A DNA stretch of 64,000 bases from Squalus acanthias (lineage: Eukaryota). Below the pieces are notes generated by a model. The model worked only from the letters and a program-made list of their open reading frames with translations. It did no database searches and was not told the origin of the DNA. Positions within the stretch are counted from its first letter, which is position 1, and every line of letters begins with the position of its first letter. The translations under genes and the position numbers were made by a program. The stretch spans positions 7,876,001 to 7,940,000 of the forward strand of contig CM059433.1 in assembly GCA_030390025.1 (NCBI GenBank), written 5' to 3'. Of this stretch, positions 53,902-64,000 are shown in pieces.

Positions 53902-54241
53902 AGAATGGTCCTCCTTGAGCCCGCACTGCAGCACACAGGGAGAGGGGAAGGCGGCTCTTTCTTGACACAAAGTAGGCAAACTGATCAGTCAGCATTCCAC
54001 ATCACTGCCGCCTGAGGCGCAGGTTCCAGAGTGACTGATGTCACGATCCACGAGAGACAAATGCCAACAATCCATCAGCTGCATTCACCTCGGAAGGGAG
54101 TTGGACAGAGAAACGCGACGATTGCGTTGATCATTGAGAAAGTACAGAATGAACATTTTACTTGGGGAAAAGTACTTTGATATCAAAAAAATGACATTTT
54201 GAAACCACACGCCGAATCACTCCCTTGCCTGGTCATTTCCG
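53902..54241 (+). repeat. Diverged direct duplicate of 51570-51915
   Basis: Colinear AGAATGG..GGTCATTTCCG with scattered substitutions and small indels. Confidence 0.95.
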
Positions 54242-54381
54242 TTTGGGACCTTTACTAGTGCCGTAGTGGAGTCCGCACTTGCTGTCAGCAGGCTTGGGTT
54301 CTGTTGGGTCGATAGGAAGCGTATTAAACAGAATTTTCCAAGGAAACCCAGGCACTTCCCCAGACATGACCACTTGATGTT

Positions 54382-54602
54382 GGGAGGTGGGGGGGGGGGG
54401 GGGTGGGGGGTGGAGGGAGGGGGTGGGGGGGGGTGGGGGGGTGGGGGGTGGGCGGTGGTGGGGTGGGGGGAGGGGGTGGGGGGGGTGGAGGGAGGGGGGG
54501 GGTGGAGGGAGGGGGTGGGGGGGGTGGGGGGTGGAGGGAGGGGGTGGGGGGGGTGGGGGGGTGGGCGGTGGTGGGGTGGGGGGAGGGGGTGCGGGGGCAG
54601 GC
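54382..54602 (+). repeat. G-rich low-complexity tract (G-quadruplex potential)
   Basis: Many runs of 4-13 G separated by T, GA or C. Confidence 0.9.
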
Positions 54603-54744
54603 GGATGATGATCCACCTGCAGCCCCCGCCCAACAGAATTTAAAGTATTCCGGCATTTCTGGGTTTCACAGACCCAAATTCCTGGCCATTCCGGGTAGAA
54701 CTATCTGCAGCCCCAGGAAATTTTTGACTAAGACATTCATTTTT

Positions 54745-54990
54745 AATTGTCAGTCAATCTCTCCTGCCTTCCATCCTATCACAGACCTTCCCTTTGTTCT
54801 TTCCTCCCTTCCTCCCTGCCCCTGCTTAAAAATCTCTCCTCCCTAACCTTTTCCAGTTCTGACGAAGGGTTCGACCCGAAACATTGATTCTGTTTCTCTC
54901 TCCTCGATGCTGCCTGACCTGCTGAGTGTTTCCAGCACTTTCTGTTGTTATTACAGATTTCCAGCATCCGCAGTATTTTGCTATTGTATT
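54745..54990 (+). mobile_element. Penelope-type terminal repeat with a hammerhead motif at 54855-54889
   Basis: AGTT-CTGACGA-A-GGGT-TCG-ACCC-GAAA-CATT-GATT, followed by GATGCTGCCTGACCTGCTGAGTGTTTCCAGCA. Confidence 0.75.
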
Positions 54991-55114
54991 CATTTTTAAT
55001 TTCCAGCTCTCTGTTTACATCTTGTTGTTGCGTTTGATTCCCCCTTTCTTTCAGGCTTTCTGCAGCCCCAGGTACCTCAGTCTGGTCAGCTTCCAAGTGC
55101 AGGCAAGTCTATTT

Positions 55115-55873
55115 CCATAATCTCCAACAAGCGAGCATCTAACCACCTCCATTTGACATTCAACGGCATTACCATCATCGAATCCCCCACCATCAACATC
55201 CTGGGGGTCACCATTGACCAGAAACTTAACTGGACCAGCCACATAAATACTGTGGCAACAAGAGCAGGTCAGAGGCTGGGTATTCTGCGGCGAGTGTCTC
55301 ACCTCCTGACTCCCCAAAGCCTTTCCACCATCTACAAGGCTCAAGTCAGGAGTGTGATGGAATACTCTCCACTTGCCTGGATGAGTGCAGCTCCAACAAC
55401 ACTCAAGAAGCTTGACACCATCCAGGACAATGCAGCCCGCTTGATTGGCACCCCACCCACCACCTTAAACATTCACTCCCTCCACCACCGGCGCACCGTG
55501 GCTGCAGTGTGTACCATCTACAAGATGCACTGCAGCAACTCACCAAGGCTTCTTCGGCAGCACCTCCCAAACCCGCGACCTCTACCACCTAGAAGGACAA
55601 GGGCAGCAGGCGCATGGGAACACCACCAGCTCCAAGTTCCCCTCCAAGTCACACACCATCCTGACTTAGAAGTATATCGCCGATCCTTCATCGTCGCTGG
55701 GTCAAAATCCTGGAACTCCCTCCCTAACAGCACTGTGGGAGTACCTTCACCACACGGACTGCAGCGGTTCAAGAAGGCGGCTCACCACCACCTTCTCAAG
55801 GGCAATTAGGGATGGCTAATAAATGCTGGCTTATCCAGCGACGCCCAGATCCCATAAGCGAATAATTAAAAAA
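55115..55873 (+). mobile_element. CR1-group LINE 3' part (RT C-terminus, 218-aa open frame)
   Basis: ILGVTIDQKLNWTSHI..YKAQVRSVMEYSPLAW..SWNSLP; A-rich tail. Confidence 0.9.
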
Positions 55874-56380
55874 TTGGCCAATCGGAGGTGCCCGAGAAAC
55901 ACGATCCTAATTACCCGCCGATTTTCCCTTCCTTAATGGTGAGGAGTGCTGCCCACACCTCTCTAATGTCCGAGACTGATAACTTAACATGTGTGTCCCC
56001 GTATCCAGCAGGCAGCCCTGCACTTTGAACTTCTAGAAGCAGTGCTATTCTGCAAGAACTTTGCCACGATATTGCCCGTTCCAGATTTCTTCTGTAGAGC
56101 TGGCAAAGGCGCTCCTCTGCTTCTAATCCACTCTCTGGTCCTTTGCCTATTTTTCCATCTGTCTCAGAAAGCCCATTAGCGAGGGACTTTGATCTATTCA
56201 GCACCTGTTTGCATTCTATTCCAGCACTTAATTTTTTTTATTATAACACCGAAGATTTTTAACGCATTAGGATGTTGAGAGATACTTCACACACTAGAGC
56301 AATTTATGTAGCAAGAGACAGTTCCACCCACACACTTGTCCTAATGCTACCATAACAACTCATTATGCAGCTCCATACAA

Positions 56381-58431
56381 CAACAACAACAACAACAACT
56401 TGTATTTATATAGCGCCTTTAACATAGTAAAACGTCCCAAGGCGCTTCACAGGAGTGTTTTAAGACAAAAAATTTGACACCGAGCCACATAAGGAGAAAT
56501 TAGGGCAGGTGAGCAAAAGCTTGGTCAAAGAGGTAGGTTTTAAGGAGCATCTTAAAGGAGGAAAGAGAGGTAGTGAGACGGAGAGGTTTAGGCAGGGAAT
56601 TCCAGAGCTTAGGGCCTAGGCAACAGAAGGCACGGCCACCAATGGTGGAACGATTATAATCAGGGATGCTCAAGAGGGCAGAATTAGAGGAACACAGATA
56701 TCTCGGGAGGGTTGTGGGGTTGTAGGAGATTACAGAGATAGGGAGGGGCGAGGCCATGGAGGGATTTGAAAACAAGGATGAGAATTTTGAAATCGAGGCG
56801 TTGCTTAACCGGGAGCCAATGTAGGTCAGCGAGCACAGGGGTGATGGGCGAACGGGACTTGGTGCGAGTTAGAACATCGGCAGCTGAGTTTTGGATGACG
56901 TCAAGTTTACGTAGGGCAGAATGTGGGAGGCCAGCCAGGAGTGCATTAGAATAGTCAAGTCTAGAGGTAACAAAGGCATGGATGAGGGTTTCAGCAGCAG
57001 ATGAGCTGAGGCAAGGGCGGAGACTGGCAATGTTACGGAGGTGGAAATAGGCGGTCTTAGTTATGCTGTGGATATGTGGTCGGAAGCTCATTTCAGGGTC
57101 AGATATGACACCAAGGTTGTGAACAATGTGGTTCAGCCTCAGACAGATGTTAGGGAGAGGGATGAAGTCAGTGGCTAGGGAACGGAGTTTGTGGCAGGGA
57201 CCGAAAACAATGGCTTCGGTCTTCCCAATATTTAATTGGAGAAAATTTTTGCTCATCCAGAACAGGATGTCGGACAAACAGTGTGTCAATTTAGAGACTG
57301 TAGAGAGGGTCGAGAGAAGTGGTGGTGAGGTAGAGCTGGATGTCATCAGCGTACATGTGGAAACTGACGCTGTGTTTTTGGAAGGGGCAACATGTAGATG
57401 AGAAATAGGAGGGGGGCCAAGGATAGATCCTTGGGGGACACCAGAGGTAATGATGCGGGAGTGGGAAGAGAAGCCAGTTGCAGGTGATTCTCTGGCTATG
57501 ATTAGATAGATAAGAATGGAACCAGGCGAGTGCAGTACCACCCAGCTGAACGACAGTGGAGAGGCGTTGGAGAAGGATGGAGTGGTCAACCGTGTCAAAG
57601 GCTGCAGACAAATCAAGAAGGACGAGGAGGGATAGTTTACCTTTGTCACAGTCACAAAGGATGTCATCTGTGACTTTGATGAGAGCCATTTCAGTACTGT
57701 GGCAGGGGCGGAAACCTGATTGGAGGGATTCAAACATGGAATTGTGGGAAAGATGGGCATGGATTTGGGAGGTGACAACACGTTCAAGGACTTTGGAGAG
57801 GAAAGGGAGGTTGGAGATGGGGCGGTAGTTTACAAGGATGGCGGGGTCAAAGGTTGTTTTTTTGAGGAGAGGGGGACAGTACCTGAGGAGAGAGAGCTGT
57901 TAACAATGTCAGCTAATATGGGAGCCAGAAAAGGAAGTTAGGTGGTCAGCAGTTTGGTGGGAATAGGGTCGAGGGAGCAGGAAGTGGGTCTCATGGACAA
58001 GATGAGCACGGAGAGGTCATGAGGGGAGATCAGAGAGAAACTGGAGAAAGATGTGAGTTCAGGGCTAGGGCAGGGGGAACCTTGGAGGGAGTTTGGCCCA
58101 GTGGGCTAGGGGAAGGAAGGGAAGTGACAGAGGCAGCTGAACGGATGGTCTCAATCTTAGAGACAAAGAAGTCCATGAGCTCCTCACACTTGTTGTCGGA
58201 GGTGAGGGTGGAGGAGACGGGGAGAGGGGTTTAAGAAGACGGTTAGCAGTAGAGAATAGAAGCCGGGATTTATCTTTGCATTTCAGAATGATTCTGGAGT
58301 AGTGAGCAATTTTGGCAGACGAGAGCAGGACCCTATAGTGCTTTATGTGGTCCAGCCAGATCTGGTGGTGAATGGCTAAACCAGTTGTTCGCCACATCCA
58401 TTCAAGTCTGCGTCCCTTGGACTTGAGGGAG
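56381..58431 (-). mobile_element. 5'-truncated L2-type LINE (RT)
   Basis: QSGFRPCHSTE, LLDLSAAFDTVDH, GVPQGSILGP, YADD, FVTSRLDYSN; (CAA)n tail; TSD CATACAA at 56374-80 / 58432-38. Confidence 0.93.
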
Positions 58432-58714
58432 CATACAAATCAAACCTTGCTGCAGATGTCTGCATAAATACAACTACAGTGACCACTTCTATCTCTGCGC
58501 TGGCTGGAAGGCAAGATAAAAATGACAGGATATCAAGGCAAGGTTTCAACAGCAACTGCATTACTTCTTAACCAAATGTTTGCAAGAATGCACTGAGTGC
58601 TGCTTGATAGAAATGTAATCGCATAATATTGATGTCCACTAGAGTCATCACGACAATTTAGTTGCGGTTTCATTTTTTAAAGATAGTGCCAAATAATGGA
58701 GGATGTCACAAGTT

Positions 58715-58783
58715 GCAGCCCTAGTCAAGAAAGTGGACAGGAATGAGCCTGGAAATTATAGGCCAGTTAGTCCTACCTCAGTA
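58715..58783 (+). mobile_element. Old CR1 RT fragment
   Basis: Encodes a KK.D..EPGNYRPVS.TSV-like motif. Further decayed CR1 RT sequence at ~59555-59830. Confidence 0.55.
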
Positions 58784-59191
58784 CTGACGAAGGGTCATCG
58801 ACCTGAAATGTTAACTCTGTTTCTCCCTCTCCACAGATGCTGCCTGACCTGCTGAGTGTTTCCAGCATTTTCTGTTTTTATTTCAGATTTCCAGCATCCG
58901 CAGTATTTTGCTTTTGTATTAGTGTTTAATTCACTGCCACTTCTCTTCTAAGAATGCCCACCTTGAAGAAGTTATGCTCTTCTCTCCGATGGGATTTCCG
59001 TTTGTCTCTTTTACCCTGTTCATCTTCAATGCTTTCTGTCTCCCTTCTCATGTTTGCTCAGGTATCTACCAAAACTCGCTTTCACAGCCACATGTCCCCC
59101 AGTTCTGACGAAGGGTCATCGACCTGAAACGTTAACTCTGTTTCTCTCTCCACAGATGCTGCCTGACCTGCTGAGTATTTCCAGCATTTTC
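58784..59191 (+). mobile_element. Miniature Penelope-derived unit: two direct terminal repeats, each with a hammerhead core, flanking an ORF 5' stub
   Basis: CTGACGAAGGGTCATCGACCTGAAA at 58784 and 59105. The spacer encodes MPTLKKLCSSLRWDFRLSLL..STKTRFHSH from the ATG at 58954. Confidence 0.75.
59101..59137 (+). ncRNA. Minimal type I hammerhead ribozyme motif (best preserved + strand copy)
   Basis: AGUU-CUGACGA-A-GGGUC-AUC-GACCU-GAAA-CGUU-AACU: stem I AGUU/AACU, stem II, palindromic ACGU. Confidence 0.72.
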
Positions 59192-59860
59192 AGTGGCGGT
59201 TAGACTTTTAGGGCCAGATTTTCCTATTGTGTGGAAGGTTAGTAGACATTCAATGGGCGGGACACCTGCCCCGAATGGCCCATCCCCGACCTCAACTGAT
59301 TTCCTGTTGTTGAGGACAATGAAAATATTTTCAGGCAGGCAGCCAGTTTGGGGAAGAGTTTGGGTGGAGGACGAGGACACCTGTTGCAGTGTAACTGGGC
59401 GAGCCGCCCAGAGAATGTCAACGATCACTCTGCAGTCAATGACACTCCCTGGAAACTTGAACGTTGAAACTCCCCAACCCAGGCCTTGAGAACGCTGTGA
59501 GTGCTGCTCTCATTGGCAGGGCATCAATGGTAGAAAACACATCTAATAACACGTGAACAGCGGTGTGCCCGAGAGATTTGTGTTAGGGCCGCATTTCTTT
59601 TCAAATTTATATCAATGATTTGGACATAACTATCAGAGGAATGATATCGAGATTGCTGATGATATTCCATTGCATGGCAAATTATGAGGAAGAATGCAGG
59701 TGATTACAAGGTGGACAAAGACAGGGGGCTAATGTGAATAGGATATTTTGGGAACAAGAACAATGAAAGAACTCCAAATGGTATGATATTTAGAGTGGAG
59801 GAATAGTGAGATCTAGGAGCACAGATAAATGTGACCAATCTGAATCTGTCCTTGTTTATA

Positions 59861-60055
59861 AAGAAAGACTTGCATTTCTATAGCGCCTTTCACGACCACC
59901 GGACGTCTCAAAGCGCTTTACAGCCAATGAAGTACTTTTGGAGTGGAGTCACTGTTGGAATGTGGGAAACGCAGCAGCCAATTTGCGCACAGCAAGCTCC
60001 CACAAACAGCGATGCGATAATGACCAGATAATCTGTTTTTTTGTTATGTTGGTTA
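59861..60055 (-). mobile_element. DeuSINE 3' part
   Basis: Matches the 3' half of the 34364 and 61497 copies. Confidence 0.85.
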
Positions 60056-60339
60056 TCTCATAAAAAAACGTAATTTTTTTTATTGCGAAGTTATGTGAGA
60101 ACACCATTCGAAATTGATAACTGCAGACTTGGCATCTCTGCGTCGGAAAATAATACAAATCCACATGTCTGGCTGGAGTTTAAAGATCGGTCTAGTTGCA
60201 GTCAAGTGCTGTGAGAGCTGGCCAGCTCCAACCATACAAAGAAACGGCTGTGAAAGAGTAAGCATTAAAATATGCAAGTATCGTTAGGCAGTGTCAGTTT
60301 ACACTCACGAGGGCTGGAAAACCGCAGTCGTTGACATAT

Positions 60340-60983
60340 ACAACAACAACCACAACAACTTGTATTTATAGAGCACCTTTAACATAGTAAAACGTCCCAA
60401 GGCGCTGCACAGGAGTATTTTAAGACAAAAATTTTTTACACCGATCCACATAAGGATAAATTAGGGCAGGTGACCAAAAGCTTGGTCAAAGAGGTAGGTT
60501 TTAAGGAGCGTCTTAAAGGAGGAAAGAGAGGTAGTGAGGCGGAGAGGTTTAAGCAGGGAATTCCAGAGCTTAGGGCCTAGGCAACAGAAGGCACGGCCAC
60601 CAAAGGTTGAGCGATTATAATCAGGGATGCTCAAGAGGGCAGAATTAGAGGAGCGCAGATATCTCGGGGGGGTTGTGGGGCTGGAGGAGATTAGAGAGAT
60701 AGGAAGGGGCGAGGGCCATGGAAAGATTTGAAAACAAGGATGAGAATTTTGAAATCGAGGCGCTGCTTAACCGGGAGCCATATAGGTCAGCGAGCACAGG
60801 GGGTGATGGGCGAACGGGACTTGGTGCGAGTTAGGACACGGGCAGCCGGGTTTTGGATGACCTCAAGTTTACGTAGGGCGGAATGTGGGAGGCCAGCCAG
60901 GAGTGCGTTGGAATAGTCAAGTCTAGAGGTAACAAAGGCATGGATGAGGGTTTCAGCAGCGGATGAGCTGAGGCAGGGGCGGA
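60340..60983 (-). mobile_element. L2 LINE 3' end
   Basis: Near-identical to 56381-57020; (CAA)n tail. Confidence 0.92.
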
Positions 60984-61496
60984 ACAGGAAGCAGGCGCAG
61001 AGGCTGCCAGACACCTGAGAGACAGACTCATTCGGCACACCTTCACAGGTGAGCAGAACACTATTATTTGGAAGCTTCAGTTCATCAAAGATCTGCCTCC
61101 TCTCACCAACCTCTCAATGGTCTCTGTAAAGTCCTTGTTCCTGACAGCTAGCCATCACACCCTCGTCCCATGCCATAACATCAACACATCACCTGCTCTC
61201 TATCGTGGTACAAGAGAGCCAAATACCAAGCAGTCCATACATCAAATAATCCAGCAATTTATTACAACTATTTACAAAAACCCCATTTGTCCCATCGGAA
61301 TTATTTAAATTAGCTAACCCAGAAATTTCTGAAGGGGTCGTCCTCCGATTTCGGCCGGCTTAGGTTCAACTCGACCGCACTTATACTGACAAGAGCAGAG
61401 CCCCAGGAAACAGGCCTGTTGGGGAGAAAAAAGATGAGATTCAAAACAGAAAGAGCTAACTTTAAAAAGAACAACTTACAAACAGCTAGTAGAAGT

Positions 61497-61964
61497 GTCA
61501 GCTGTGGCTCAGTGGGCAGCACACTCGCCTCTGAGTCAGAAGGTTGTGGGTTCAAGTTCCCACTCCAGAGACTTGAGCACAAAAAGCTAGGCTGACGCTC
61601 CAGTGCGGTGTTGAGGGAGTGCTGCACTGTTGGAGGTGCCGTCTTTCAGGTGAGACGTTAAACCGAGGCCCTGTCTGCTCTCTCAGGTGGATGTAAAAGA
61701 TCCCCAAGGTGCTATTTTGAAGAAGAGCAGGGGAGTTATCCCCGGTGTCCTGGTCAATATTTATCCCTCAACTGACATGACAAAAACAGATTATCCAGTC
61801 ATTATCACATTGCTGTTTGTGGGAGCTTGCTGTGCGCAAATTGGCTGCTGCGTTTCCCACATTACAACAGTGACTCCACTTCAAAAAGTACTTCATTGGC
61901 TGTAAAGCGCTTTGAGACGTCCGGTGGTCGTGAAAGGCGCTATAGAAATACAAGTCTTTCTTTC
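61497..61964 (+). mobile_element. Full-length DeuSINE
   Basis: Head TGGCTCAGTGGGCAGCAC..GGTTCAAG, Deu core, tail (CTTT)n. Confidence 0.87.
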
Positions 61965-62528
61965 ATTTAGATGTTTGAAATGCTGTTTTACATTTGACAC
62001 CACGCTGCTATTGAGATAGGTGTACTTAGTCAAACAATGCGGAATAAATTGCCTTATTGCTTTGCCTTTTTAATCCCACATAAACCTCTTGTCATTAACA
62101 TTCTGTGGTTTTGGTACAAAATGTCCCCAGATTTCTGAGCCTTTTCTGAATGCCATTAAAATACTGTTCACTGAACTCTGTACACCTGTAATTACACCAA
62201 ACGTATTAAAGGAAAGGAAAGGCCCTTCAACCCAGAGAGCCACCTCTCCTTCCTTAACAACAATATGCTGCACTACCAGCAGCCATTCGGAAATAAAACA
62301 CGTTAAAAATGGTTCTGTGGGGGATTATAAATCAGGTGCTTTTTTTTGGTTCTTGCTGCCAATCAGTGGATCATCTTGTGTTAATGTTGCTGCATCCAGA
62401 GAAGGAAATCTCAGTGATTGCACCGTGGAAATCAATTTATGTAACTTGGTGCAAATTACCCTAGCTGTTTGCAAAATGCAAGAGACAGGACAATGGTATT
62501 ACACTAAAATTCATTCGTTTTAAATATT

Positions 62529-62910
62529 AACAACAACAACAACTTGTGTTTATATAGCGCCTTTAACGTAGTAAAACGTCCCAAGGTGCTTCACAGGAGT
62601 ATTGTAAGACAAAAAAATTTGACACCGAGCCACATAAGGAGAAATTGGGGTAGGTGACCAAAAGCTTGGTCAAAGAGGTAGGTTTTAAGGAGCGTCTTAA
62701 AGGAGGAAAGAGAGGTAGCGAGGCGGAGAGGTTTAGGCAGGGAATTCCAGAGCTTAGGGCCCAGGCAACAGAAGGCACGGCCACCAATGGTTGAGCGATT
62801 ATAATCAGGGATGCTCAAGAGGGCAGAATTAGAGGAGCGCAGATATCTCGGGGAGGGGGGGCGGGATGTGGGGCTGAAGGCGATTACAGAGATAGGGAGG
62901 GGCGAGGCCA
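62529..62910 (-). mobile_element. L2 LINE 3' end
   Basis: GGRAFCCLGPKLWNSLP..FKTLLKTYLF; (CAA)n tail. Confidence 0.92.
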
Positions 62911-63406
62911 CGCTAATTTAAAAAAATATTTAAAAAAAATATTGTTTCAAATCAAGAATGATAATTTGTGAAACTACCGCTGACACGGACCAGCTCTGAA
63001 AGCACATTCCTCTTGGCCCATGCTCGTGAGCTGCCTATACAATTTGGCAGTAAATCTCATCAAAAGCCACCCTAAATAAAGAGGACTGTCATAGATTCCA
63101 AGTTGAGGTCAGATAATAAAGCAGAGCGCAAATGAATGTGTGGCACGGCCGCCAGATCAGTGTAGCCACTGGAGTGGCACCATCTGCCCAAAACTAGCAG
63201 AAGCAGCTGGCAGAGCTTGACTCTGGCACTGGTGCAATCAAATTCCTCCTTTAGGTCATAACAGGAGTCTGGTGCTGCACTTAAGCCTACACCTCCTGAT
63301 AACTTGGTTATCCATCTGGTCCGGGAAGATTGCTTTGGCATGGAACATCTTTGAGGCAAGGAGGAGAGGGGGGAAGGACTTTGATATCATTTTCGACTAA
63401 TAAGCA

Positions 63407-64000
63407 GCTCCATTTTTTTGAACCACTCCAATCGGGTTTCTGCCCCTGAAACGGCCTGTATTAAAGTCACAAACGACATTCTACGTGACGGTGACCATGG
63501 AAAGCGATCCCTCCTCGTCCTTCTCGACCTGACTGCAGTATCTGACACGGTTGACCACGCCATCCTGGTTCAACGCCTCTTCCCTGTCATCCAGCTGGGT
63601 GGGACTGCCCTCGCCTGGTTCCATTCTTATCTATCTAGTCGTAGTCAGAGAACCACCTGCAATGGCTTCTCTTCGCGCTCCTGCACCGTTACCTCTGGGG
63701 TCCCCCAAGGATCTATCCTCGGCCCCCTCCTATTTCTCATCTACATGTTGCCCCTTGGCGACATCATCCGAAAACACAGCGTCAGTTTCCACATGTACTC
63801 TGACGACACCCTGATGTATCTCACTACTACCTCTCTCGAACCCTACACTGCCTCTGATTTGTCACGCTGCTTATCCGACATCCAGTACTGGATGAGCAAA
63901 GATTTGCTCCAACTAAATATTATGAAGACCAAAGCCATTGTCTTCAGTCCCTGCCACAAACTCCGTTCCCTAGCCACTGAATCCATCTCTCTCCCTGGCC
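63407..64000 (+). mobile_element. L2 LINE RT fragment (runs off the window)
   Basis: Similar to the reverse complement of 57160-57740 (LLVLLDL, GVPQGSILGPLLF, YSDD). Confidence 0.9.

Larger units (their letters stand above)
53661..54728. mobile_element. Putative Harbinger-like MITE carrying a captured ~340-bp local sequence and a G-rich tract
   Basis: Imperfect TIRs GGTCCCAAATTCCTGGGG / CCCCAGGAAATTTTTGAC; TTA / TAA flanks. Confidence 0.55.

Noticed and set aside
54217..54846. Poly-Pro / poly-Gly ORFs (extensin- or formin-like)
   Set aside because: Translations of a G-rich low-complexity tract inside a putative MITE.

Overview
Eukaryotic, repeat-dominated window. The SINE/LINE repertoire points to a cartilaginous fish (shark-like); this is inference. 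Bases 1-31783 are one tandem array of a 32-bp monomer (AGGACACTCAGTGTGAAGGGTGTTCATTCCAC), with a 200-N gap at 8565-8764 and layered higher-order structure toward its right edge. All ORF-track hits in the array are artefacts of the repeat. The remaining ~32 kb holds: a full-length but decayed Ty3/Gypsy LTR retrotransposon (120-bp LTRs, tRNA-Ser-like PBS, PPT, two nested insertions); DeuSINE (SacSINE1-like) copies; CR1-group and L2 LINE fragments; GC-rich PIF/Harbinger-like MITEs; and Penelope-type terminal repeats carrying minimal hammerhead ribozymes. Main leads: (1) two hammerheads 321 nt apart, a retrozyme-like circRNA precursor (58784-59191); (2) a MITE that appears to have captured a ~340-bp copy of a nearby candidate terminal exon, placed exactly between short inverted repeats; (3) three phase-compatible candidate + strand exons (33481, 44537, 51572) of an unidentified gene, which might make the satellite intronic; (4) CTCF-like motifs in both LTRs. 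Family assignments come from motif recognition by eye; no database search was run.
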